64,000 bases of DNA from Paecilomyces variotii (Eukaryota). The position numbers and the translations under genes were made by a program. The notes beneath the pieces were generated by a model. It made no database searches, was not told where the DNA came from, and worked only from the letters and a program-made list of their open reading frames with translations. Numbering within the stretch: the stretch's first letter is position 1; each line of letters begins with the position of its first letter. Shown piece after piece: positions 26,661 to 37,381 of this stretch. The stretch lies in the NCBI GenBank assembly GCA_004022145.1, contig RCNU01000003.1; one strand, given 5' to 3'.

Positions 26661-27058
26661 ACCGCATCAGTTGAGTCAGAGACTTGGGGTATAAGATGGA
26701 GCGAGTTGGTTTTTCGAGGAGTGTGCTACTCGATATCATTTTTTCATATGGAAATACAAGACGATCGATTCAAGTCAGAAGAGGGTTGGTTATGTTCTGA
26801 TCTCTATCTCTATCTCTGGTCCTCATTTTTGATCTTCTTGTTTGACTATTTGTTTTTTCTGAATCTTGTGAGAAGGAGAAGTACTGATACGGTTTCGAGA
26901 TCGTGGATTGGTTTTGGGGTGTTTACTTGTTGAGATCTATATCTATTATAGACGGGTATCCTGAAGACAGATCTGCTATTCACAAAGGTGACTAACTGTG
27001 AAAAGGAGAAGTGGGATATTGGTGTTTTTCAGATATATCATCATCGAAACTAGCCAAG

Positions 27059-28315
27059 ATGTCTGAAAGACGTGGCGGAAGGCAACTCCAAGGAGGAGGA
27101 AGATCAAATGCCCCTGGACAACGAGGGGGCTCCCAATACCCTTATCCTAACACGCATTCCCTGGTAAGCAGGGTTAGTGCTCAGCATCGTGCGGCTGGTC
27201 GTGCAGCTAGTCGTGGCCGTGGCCAGACACAGATACAGGCACAACCACAAGGACATGGACAAGCGCTGCCTCAAGTGCAGCACACTCAAAGAGGCGCAGG
27301 ATTTCCCAGACAACAGACCAACACCTCATTGACCACCACTGCTCCCCCGGCGTTCCCGGCCACTCCTCTCCCAAACCCCACGACGACCCAGCGAGTCAAC
27401 CCTCTTACTCTCCGTCCTCCTACTACTACACCCCAAACTCAGAGAAACCTACCAGCAGCTCCCCATACAAGGTTTGTAACGGTAACGATCCATACAGCCA
27501 AGTGTGATATCTGCAATCGTCACAACACTTCGATTCTTCGCCGTTGCGCCACTTGCGGATGGCAGATCTGCACTCCCTGCTGGGATGCACGCGGAGGTGA
27601 TGGGAGGCACGGAACTCGTCGTCCCTTCCGGGGAGATGTCTTCAACTCCCCGGACCAGAATCAGCAGCCATCTGAAGGAGCTAGCTATGATAACGGCCAG
27701 CGCGGAGATACTCCAGCTGTTACTGCTCAGGCGGAAGCGGATGAAGAGGTAGAAACCCTTCAAGCTGCCCTCATTTTGGAGGGAATGCAATTTGCCCGCG
27801 TACTGAGACCTCGCCAGCGTCGCAATTATCAGGAGCCACAGCTGGCTGTGCCCTCTCCTATTCAGGAGGAGACGGAGGCAGAAAACGAGTATGCTACCAG
27901 GGGAGACGCAGATGAGACAGAGTCAGAAGCCTCACAAGGGCCGGGAAACGTCGTTGAGCCTAATACACCGGCGGCGCCTGCCAGTACGCCTTCACGTCAG
28001 CTGCAGGGTCCCCGGTCAGCTGGCGAACTAGGGCTTTGGTACCTAGCTGAAGCGGCGACTGAAGTTCTCGAAAGAAGCAGTGCTGAAGCCACTGACGATA
28101 TAGAGATGCAGGATGCACCGCCGACCCCAACCCCGAGAGGACGCCACACGGCCCGGAGCACGCGTGGGCGTGGGCGTGGTCGTTCAAGGGCTACCGCGCG
28201 CCTTAGACGAGGAGACAACAGTGGTGCCAAAGGGGCCCAAGGACACAAGAGGCGACGAGATGATCAGGACAGAGGGGGCCCTAGCGGGGCAGCAGGATCT
28301 GCGCCTCTTGTTTGA
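27059..28315 (+). CDS. Hypothetical, mostly disordered protein with a central Cys-rich putative Zn finger
   Basis: Uninterrupted ORF from MSERRGG. Motif HTAKCDICNRHNTSILRRCATCGWQICTPCW, with RG-rich, T/P-rich and acidic flanks. Branch point and acceptor just upstream suggest a 5'UTR intron. Confidence 0.75.
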   Translation: MSERRGGRQLQGGGRSNAPGQRGGSQYPYPNTHSLVSRVSAQHRAAGRAASRGRGQTQIQAQPQGHGQALPQVQHTQRGAGFPRQQTNTSLTTTAPPAFPATPLPNPTTTQRVNPLTLRPPTTTPQTQRNLPAAPHTRFVTVTIHTAKCDICNRHNTSILRRCATCGWQICTPCWDARGGDGRHGTRRPFRGDVFNSPDQNQQPSEGASYDNGQRGDTPAVTAQAEADEEVETLQAALILEGMQFARVLRPRQRRNYQEPQLAVPSPIQEETEAENEYATRGDADETESEASQGPGNVVEPNTPAAPASTPSRQLQGPRSAGELGLWYLAEAATEVLERSSAEATDDIEMQDAPPTPTPRGRHTARSTRGRGRGRSRATARLRRGDNSGAKGAQGHKRRRDDQDRGGPSGAAGSAPLV

Positions 28316-28420
28316 TAGAGTTTCCGGTTGGACTGGTATCAGGCTGTGTTGTTCAAGCGGCGCTTTCGTTTTGCAATCGTCGCTTCTTTTTGTCTCGCAT
28401 CATGGTATATACCTTTGCTT

Positions 28421-28471
28421 CCCCCCCCCCCCCCCCCCCCCCCCCCCCCTTTTTTTTTTTTTTTTTTTTTT
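28421..28471. repeat. Homopolymer tract C29 immediately followed by T22
   Basis: Directly visible in the sequence. Confidence 0.95.
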
Positions 28472-28874
28472 CTCTGCTCAAAAGATTTGTCTGCCATCTC
28501 ACAGGTGTGGATTTGTTTGCTTTTTAGCTGAAGATATGTGAAGCATTAGTTCATCTCCAGATCAAATTCTATTTCCTGTTCAGTTTGCTCACCCTGCTGG
28601 AACGAATTCTGTAGAACGTAGCACCAAGCTTCAGATGCTTTGAAAAAATAGTTTGGCACATAGAGACAGCAGGAACACATCACTTCATGTTGAGGACCTG
28701 AGTTGAAGATCTATTATACATGTTTCGAAGAGTGTATCGTCGCTTCCGACACTTCATAAGGCCAAGAAAAAGCAAAAGAGGAGATTGTACAAGGGTGGAC
28801 ATAGAGGTGTCACCAAGGGGAATGCCTCCAATACGAGGAACAAATCGTGTATTAATACATTCAAGAAAGACGGC

Positions 28875-30427
28875 TCATGACTTGTTTGCAGCGTTTATAG
28901 CCGATCTCGACAGCTGCTGGTTTCTAGCCTTGGCCGCCATCTGTAGAAGTCGAGCAGTCCTTGACGGATGCCAAATGCGGCTGCCCAGGACCAATACCCA
29001 GCTGAGAAGGAACAAACTACCAGCCTGGTGTGCTGAAGCAAGATGCGTAGGTACGAGATAGAGCAGCGTCGAGATTCCAAGAGTGACCTGCATGACAGCA
29101 AAGGCAACAACTCCGTGGACACCCTTTCTGGCTGCTGGAGGAAGAACTCGTTTCATAGCTGGCGTCTTGGAATAGGCCCAGAGCGCCATAACAGCAGAAA
29201 AGGTGGTCATTGCGAGGATACGGTGATCAAGCTGGACAAGCGACGGGTTCTCGAGCATGTTTCTCCACCACAGGTCGGACCTGTCAGAGAGACGCGAATA
29301 GTGCTCATCAAACAACTCGGACTTCGGAGGAGTGATGCCATTGCCCATCCAAGGGAACTCGTTGTAGATGAGACCAGCATCCAGACCAGCAACAAGAGCA
29401 CCAGACATGGCAGTTGTGAAGACGAGAAGAGCCAGTCCAGCAACCGATTTGCGGAAAACGCCAAGCTTCGGGTCGCGGAGAGCATTGAGAGTATCAATTC
29501 CAGCTTGCGGGTCCTTCAATAGCCTGTGAGACCTCAGAATAGCAAGACCGTTCCAAAGCATCGCGACGTAGCAGGTAAATGCAGCGGCAAGGTGAGCAGT
29601 CAGACGGTATTGGCTGACTCTGGGATGACTGCCTGGCGCGAAGAGGTCATCTTTCAAACCAGATTTCACCATCCACCATCCAATGAAGCCCTGAAAACCG
29701 ATCAAACCAGCAATTCCGGCCAGGCGCAGAGCCATTGGCTTGGAAACCTTTTTCTTTGCCACAAAGTATGCAGCCGGGAGCACAAAAGACAGACCGACGA
29801 ATCTGCCCCAGAGACGGTGTATCCATTCCATGTAGTAAATCGACTTGAACTCGTCCAGTGTCATGTGCGGGTTCAGAAGCTTGAACTCAGGTGACGAACG
29901 GTATTTGCTAAACTCTGATTCCCAATCTTCAGCGTTCATAGGAGGTAGTGATCCGGTAACGGGGCGCCATTCTGTGATACTCAGTCTACAAGGTTGTCAG
30001 TTTTTGGCCAGGGCAGGCACTTTCTAGAGCGGACATACCCTGATTCCGTAAGTCTGGTCAATCCACCAAACACGACAATTCCGAATACGCTAACGGCACT
30101 TCCTAAGAGCCAATATGCCACACTCTTCGAGCTTACGTCCGGGAAGCTCGATGTAGCCTTGGAAGAAGTACTTTGCTCTACCGTGGCGGCTACCGTAGAC
30201 AGTCGCTTGGGCCTCAGTGACGATGCGAAGATATTGGTCTTCTTTACAGGGAGGATCGAATTGACCCTGCTGCTATTGGAGAGCGGAAGAGATGTGAAAA
30301 AGCGTGCGCGGAAAGGGTTCGTCGCATTGCGTTGGTTCTGTAAGCATTGTCGACAGGTGAAGAAGTCCTTCGCAACGCGGGGAGCAAGGCTCCTGAACAT
30401 AGGGACAGGCGTCCTAAAAGACGCCAT
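28875..30427 (-). CDS. cox15: Heme A synthase Cox15
   Basis: VVFGGLTRLTESGLSITEWRP, EFKSIYYMEWIHRLWGR, QGFIGWWMVKSGL, VSQYRLTAHL, GLDAGLIYNEFP and QLDHR. Arg/Ser-rich presequence; one intron. Confidence 0.96.
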
Positions 30428-30811
30428 TGCGACGACAACCGGACACTCCCTAGAGTCTCCCTTGGACGAAACTGACCGCCAATTCAAGGAGAGTTGAATC
30501 GCAACTTCAAGGGAATCTCAATCGGATGCTTTTCTGTCGGCGTTCGGAATGCGGGAATGCCCGAGCGCTGCAGGCCAATCGGCACGCTTTGATTTCCGCT
30601 ATGCCCGAGTGTGGTCCGACGTCTCTTGGTTTGGATGTAAATAGTAATAATACCTCCATACAACGAAGATGTCGAAGACAGCTAGCAATCTTGAACTGAT
30701 CGCCGATTCAATAATATGCATAGAGATACAAATAATTATCGTAGTTTTCTCGTGATCGCACTGAGGACAATCATAAATTAGGTAAACAAGCACTTTTCGG
30801 AACATCTCGTC

Positions 30812-32827
30812 CTATTCCTGGACAATTCCTTTCACATAGTCGACATCTTCCCATGTAGCATGCCATATGCTATAGATCTCCATGAATGGGAGCACTGATC
30901 CTGGTAGCAATTCATCTGGCTTAACCTGTAGTGCATGGTCCCTACTCTTCAAGCTCCCGATTACCCTGCATAATCTTCCAGCTGAGCCTTGGCCTGCTGC
31001 ATCATCGTTGAAATCGTTTGCGGAGTCGGCATGAACAAGCTGGATTGGAGGGACATTAATACCACGCCTCCATTGTCTACCACATGGTCCAAGGAAACGT
31101 CTGCCATCCTCATCATACAGTGGGTTGCCTTCCCAGCATTCCCATACACCCGACAGATAAGGTGGTTGGAATGGAAAGAACAAGTCTGCGAATTTGAAAA
31201 ATTGCTTATTCCTTATGCGATAGGATTCGGTAACAAATGCATAGAGCTCAATAAGCATAAATGCTGTAGAGGGAATACTGGCCGACATATTGGCTTTCTG
31301 GCTCCTCTTTTCCATGAGCTCATTTGTGGAACGTGGACATAAAGGGGAAGAGGAGGGCCGCGTAAAATGCACCTTTAGTGCCTCCCCGATTCGAAAACAT
31401 GTGCGAAGAATTGTATGAGCAGAAGTCAGGCCTTGTATCGGAGAGCCGATGGGGACAGGACAAGGAAACGGTGGGCGAAGAAAAGGCTGTCGCAGCTCCC
31501 TGACCTCATCTTGAGGACCGGGAAAGGGTCCCAATTTCGCATTTGATACAGGAGAACCGTTGCATTTCCCAGGAAACTGGAAGGGCTGTTTGTACTTTGG
31601 GAGCGGGCCATGCCGGATGAGGTCTACTCTATCAGTTTCGCCAGCGGGTTTATTTTCCGTCATTGAGTCATCTTGAGACGCCATCGGTCCATTTGAATCA
31701 TTATTTGAATAGAAAGTAGTGTTTCCTTCCGAGATAGTGTCATGTTTGATTTCACTTGACTCATACTGTCCATATTTGGGAGGACATCCAGCCTGGTAGT
31801 CTTGCAAGTGTCCTACTTAAATCGAAGACTGGGATTAGAATGATGACCATAGGCCTCTAAATCATTGTGGAACTCACCAAATGTAGGGGCATCTTGAAAT
31901 TGATCGTCAAAGATGGCCGCATCAGCATACTGGGAACAGTTATCGTCATATGTGACTTCCCCCGAGCCTTCAGCACTTATTAGCTGAGATGGAGTAATGT
32001 CGGCATCCAAGGAAAGTTCGTCTGAGTCGTCTGTGAAGTATTCTTTGAGCTCCATGTAGACCATCTCTGCTGATTCATGAAGCTTGAGTTCATGCTCGAC
32101 TTCATCTGTCGCGCCCATAACCGGGGCAGCGTCTGTTGTGAGTTCCCCAGGACAAAAGTTGTAGGCTTCGGTCTGACCATGGATAGCCTCCAGAAAATCA
32201 GCGTCTTCGATATCGGAACTGAAATGATCTGAATCATTTGCTTCGGTTTCCATATCCCCTTGCTTCGCTGCAGAGAAACAATGACTGGAAATCGTGTTCT
32301 CGAGGTTGCCATTGCTATCAGTATAGGTGCACTGCTTGTATTCATACGCAGAGTTTGTGTATGGAATATCTTGTTCAAATATCGGAATATCCAGCCTTTG
32401 TTTATTGTCTTTTGTATCTGTTAGAGTGAAAGCAACCGTTATCGTTTTCCTGTCCAAGCGGCCTACCTAAGGGAGAGCGGGGAGAGCACCAGTCGTGCTC
32501 CTGCTCTTGGAAGTTGATGCCACTGCTGGAATAACATGTTTCTGGCGGGTACCTATGTTGTACTATATCTTCACCTCCTGTGAGAGGCTCATCTCCATAG
32601 TAGCTCAAAAAGCCCGATTTCTGGAGTGAAGCATCAGAAACCAAACCGCCATCATCAGCTTCATGAAGCGGTGGTATTTTATGAAAATATTCAGTTTCCG
32701 TATTGTTGTTTAAACTTTCATCACCTAATTGATGCGAGAAACCTGCCTTGTCTCCTGGAAGCGCAGAAAGAATAACTGACTGCTGGCAAGCTGCGCGTTT
32801 CCCAGAATTCGTTCTGTATCTCTTCAT
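30812..32827 (-). CDS. Hypothetical protein: acidic disordered N-terminus and a folded C-terminal (OB-fold-like) domain; 5' end uncertain
   Basis: Three ORFs in different frames can be joined by introns (GTGAGT..CTAAT..TAG near 31812-31876; GTAGGC..CTAAC..AAG near 32396-32466). C-terminal LRTCFRIGEAL..IELYAFV..QFFKFADLF..CRVIG..YSIWHATWEDV. Confidence 0.65.
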
Positions 32828-34211
32828 GCTTGATGGACTTCGCTGAGCGGGCAATAGGAGAGTCAATGCCTATCACTTGAGAGGTTTTCGGGGTGAACTG
32901 CCTTTCGAGCTGAGGACTAGTTAAGGTGCGCTGTGAAGGGAAGAGGCATGATTGGGACCGCCAACCGGCCGCCGGGCTCACATCCCATAAGTATTGCCGC
33001 ATCGCTGTAACTTCCACCTCGAAAACAGCCACTTCAGTTTCAGGTAGAATCAGCAGTTATATAGCTTAGCTAATATGGGAGTAACCGCTACTAGAATGCA
33101 CACTTTCCTACGAGTTTCATACTCGAGAACTAATGTCTTTAGACGAATGTCGGACACCCGCGAAAGCCTGTGGGAGCAAAAAGATGAGCAGAGCTGGTCG
33201 AGGCTCTACGGAGGTTCCCCAGATAAGTACATTACAACATTCCTATTGGATCAATGTGCTAATACAGAAATAGCGGAAATAGAATCTCTTCATAGCGCGA
33301 CACGAATGGTGTACAGTACATTGAGAAAAGGCTCGCTCCCGGCATAGGAGAGTTTAGTCAATTATTACTCGTTCATGCTCTACAGCAGCGTAGAGAAGGC
33401 GAGAAGGAGCAGGAAGAGAAGTCGCCTCCTATTTCATTAACCCTTTATCTGGCTGGGCGCCAACCGCCAAAAGGCAATCTCGGGACTCCCCTCGTTCACG
33501 AAGCACCCAGGCTCCCTGGCCATCCTATATACGCAAAATAGAGAAACAGCGCCTGCGACTGTCTAGATATTCTTCACTGGACAGCAACCGAAACGATCGC
33601 CAGAGCAGCTGGTTCAGTTTTACATCTATATCTAGCGCAGGTTGTGCTCTTGATAACTGTATTCGAACTCCGAGAATTATCCAAAGCCTTAATCCAGGCC
33701 ACAAATTTCTGAAGTGGGCTTGCTGTTCGCATTCCATGAGATCTGACGACGGAGGTATACGTTTCTCCATGTCGTGATAGTAGCTAGTCATATTGCTGGT
33801 GAGAGCCTTCCGGGAAGATCTTGCGAACGCGTAAATCCTACTTCTCTATTACATGACTTTCAATAGATACGCGACAATTTACCATTCAAGAAGAATCTGT
33901 CTCAATTTACATATATATTAGGTGAAAAATGTATCTAGTAGAGAAAGTATTATCTATGTGCCAGTATCCAACACCGCCGCTCCAATTATTTCCAAAGATC
34001 CGAAAATGAGAGCAAATTTCCAGCGAAGAACTTCGAAAAAGACAGACCAACGGACGCCGTAGCTAATGTTCTAATGCTTTCGGATATCTCCGACGGGACA
34101 AAAAAAGGAAAGAAGGAATGATGGACAATGCAGTGGAACATCGCGAATCAGCGATAAGTGGATTTTGCGTTTTCCCCGCAACGGTTCGCTTTCGGGATAA
34201 CAGAGATGAGA

Positions 34212-36984
34212 TCAAAGTTTTGAGCGAATGCCCTCAAGTCGAAACTTGACATCCTTGAGTACCTTGCTGGAGGGCTTCCAGTCGTCGAACTGTTTAAGGA
34301 GTTCCATGGTCTCTTGGTACAGTTCCCGTCGGACATATTCTTCTTCGAGGAGGCCACGCATGGCGAAGGGCAGAATATAAGGATTCGGGGTTGGTGACTG
34401 GGGAGGCCTTTGGATACGGAGGGCTGCACCGCTCACGTTGGATGTCTCCAGGGCGAATTCAATAGCGAGACTACACTGATTAGCGGGGAGTCTTCAGGAT
34501 TATACTTCGGAAAAAACTCACTAGTAGACGGCTTCATCTTCGTAGAGACGAGAGTGGCCTTCGCCGGCGTAGAGACTTCCGGCGAGCGGTGAGCTCAATT
34601 CGCGAATTATGCCATGGTCTGGGATTCCGAGGTTGCGCAACTTGAGTGCGAAGCCGACTAGATGAGAGAGACTGTTGGTAGAGTATCAGTAGGAGCTCTG
34701 GAGAAGGAGACAAGGATCGCTCACAAGCTTGGGGCGTGCACTCTGCTGTCCACGAACGCCGCGCGGTAGATGTAAGGATGTGATATTGGTGAAAAGAGAG
34801 ATGACTAGCCCAGATCAGCAATGGCCCCTTCCACACTATTTAGAAGCGAGTACTAGGTCTTACCTCTAGCGACACAAGTTGATCATCGATGCTCCCAATA
34901 TACGAGATCCGCACTCCATAGTTGAGCGCAGATTCTAATGCTGCTTCGTAGTCCCGGGAGACCTGGCTGTTGGCGTGTGCAAAATCGAAGAGTTCACCTG
35001 CTGAGCCGCTGATCCACCTTGACTTGTAATCCGGGAATGGGCCAAGGTTCACGCCTGCCATAGCACATATTCCAACGCGTTGGGCGTTCAGGCATCCGAA
35101 GGATATCAATTTGGAGACCAAGATCGTGGCCACGGGAACTCCCTGACTATGGCATGCGATCAAGACGAAGTCTGCTTTCCGGATTTCTTCTATCCAATTT
35201 AGAAGCAGTTTCCAAAGCAAGTCCACTCGCTCGGCGATACGACCTTCCCCTTCGAGTGCAATCTTCTGCACGTCGCAGGAGTAACCATGGCTTTCCGTCC
35301 ATTGGCGAATAGCTTTTGCAGCCATGTTGGAGAACTTCACGGAAGTGCCGGTCGGTTGACCGAGAACAGTCCGTATCAGCGGAGCAGGGAAATATCCATG
35401 TACCCCGATGGCCAAAGCCTTCCTTATCCGCGGGGGTTCCTTCACGACGTAGACATGCTTGTTGTCCGACTCCTTCGAGTACTGGAAGATACGACCAATA
35501 GTCTGACGACCAATGGTCTGCAACAATGAAGGAGATTCTTTTGTCGCAAATGTATCTCTGAAAGAAGGAAGCACTTGATTGGGAATGGCTTTCTGCAGCT
35601 GCTTCGAGGCCGGTCCTTCTGGAGCTTTGGTCTTTGTTAGCGTTGCCGGTTGTTCTGGCACGGACATCACAGTTGCTGTGGGTGCAGGCTCGCCGCGCTC
35701 TTTCGGTTGCCCTTTTACTGTCTGTTTCGCAGGCGGTCTTCGTCCTTTCTGAACAGGTTCTTGGTTCTCTTTCAACTGCTTTGCAGCAGCTGATTCTGCT
35801 TCTGCCGTATCCCCATCCTGAACCTCCTCTGCCTTTTTGGTACTCGAGTCCTTCGACGTATCTCTATACCAGAAGGACCAGCCTGAGGACCTGGCATTGT
35901 CGGGCTGACGTGCTGAAGAATCAACACTTTCGGAACGACCATTTTCAGAAGGATCTGTCGGCGGTTTATTATTGATTTCTTCTGCAGGAGTTTGGTCTGT
36001 CGCCAGACGAGGCTCCGCCGAGGGTCCCTGCTCAGCAGGCGCCTTAGGCGGTGCGGGAGAACCACTCCACATCAGGAACCAGGATCGCCTCTGTGCTGCT
36101 GTTGGATGTGCTGTTGACTGTGTCGCTGCATCCGAATGTGCTTGTTCAGACAGCGTAGTATCCTGCTTGGCCTGCCCGTCCTCTTGCTTATCTTCTGTCT
36201 CCGGTGGTGGCTGCTCTTCCGAAGATGGGACGACTGGAGCATCAGCTGACTGTGAATTATCGACAGAGTTGTTCTCCACTGGTGCAGGCCTATACCACCA
36301 TGTAAACCATCCCGATGACTGCGTTTGCTCCGGTTCTTGCGGCTGTGCCGTTTCCGCCTCAGTAGGAGTGCGACTTTTCGTTGTAGTTCCGTCCGCTTCG
36401 TTGGGATTTGGAGAGCCCGTGGGCTCTTTGATCGTATTATTCGGAGTCACGGTAGAGTCTGCGGGCTTGTCTTCCTTGTCTTTCGTACTGGTGGCTGGGT
36501 CTGACGTCTGGGAGTCGGGACTATCTAGTGTTGACTCTAGCCCATTCGACGCAATATTGATACGGGTGGTAGCGACACTCGCGGGAAGTGACCTGCTTGA
36601 CGCACCGTCTTTCTTTGTCAACCGGATGGATGGCGATCGGAATTGTCGAGAAGGATTAGACAGAGTTGCTGTGGAAGCAACCAGGTCTGAGGCTACATTG
36701 CCAGCGACCGATATGCTCTCACGGGCAACCTCGGTAACGGCCGCGGCCTTCGAGACCCGGGGCCATGACTTGGTATACCAGCTCTATCAGGAGACACAGG
36801 TGTATCAGTGTATGCCTCAACTATTACTCTGGCGATGCAGAACACTTACCGCTCCACTCCTCTGTGTCTCTGAAGTTGAGCGGCCCCTGGCTGGTTCAGA
36901 TGGCGGGGAATGTTCGCTGGCGGGCAAGCTGGACTGTGAGGCCGCGGCTGAAGGCTCTGGCTGCACCCTCTTCCTAGAACCCAT
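34212..36984 (-). CDS. Conserved fungal protein with a C-terminal alpha/beta-hydrolase-like domain (yeast YML020W-like)
   Basis: Long low-complexity N-terminus, then KALAIGVHGYFP..GQPTGTS, IACHSQG, AGVNLGPF, GSIDDQLVSLES and NPYILPFAMRGL. Three introns. Confidence 0.8.
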
Positions 36985-37381
36985 CGACGGCATCGCGGAA
37001 AGAAGACATTACAAGACAAAGGACGCTCTCAAGGGAGATCGTGTGTCTGATGGCCACAAGTTGTATACAAGTCAGTCACATCCTGATTCAGCAAGCCACT
37101 GGTGCCATGATACGTAGATGGACCCGCGCGGAAGCCCCAGGCCGCCATCGAGGGAGAGATGGATGGCCTGATGTCACCGCCCGTGCACGCCTGAGGCATT
37201 CGTTTTCGTTGTCTCCAGAGCTGGTGCCTAGAGCTGCGCGTCTTCTCGATGAAATAAATCAATTCAAATAGAATAAAATAATAATTGCTATGCTGATGGA
37301 ATCACGACATTTTCTTTGATCCTTGCAAATACATCAGTTGAAACAGCTTCAGTAAAGTGGTGCTCAACAAGTAGCAAAGCA

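Noticed and set aside
25710-27000. Hidden a-factor-like (CAAX) pheromone ORF near the HMG-type motifs
   Set aside because: I looked on both strands by eye and found no short ORF ending in CAAX-stop; a spliced micro-gene cannot be fully excluded.
28312-28541. Poly-Pro/poly-Phe ORFs, and the poly-TH ORF at 57686
   Set aside because: Translations of simple repeats.
30812-33032. Apparent frameshifted pseudogene
   Set aside because: The frame changes coincide with plausible introns, so an intact gene is more likely.
33525-33791. 88-aa minus-strand ORF, possibly an upstream exon of the OB-fold-like gene
   Set aside because: No convincing splice path to the downstream exons could be built by eye.
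35972-37117. 381-aa Ser/Gly/Val-rich plus-strand ORF
   Set aside because: Antisense shadow of the low-complexity N-terminus of the YML020W-like gene.
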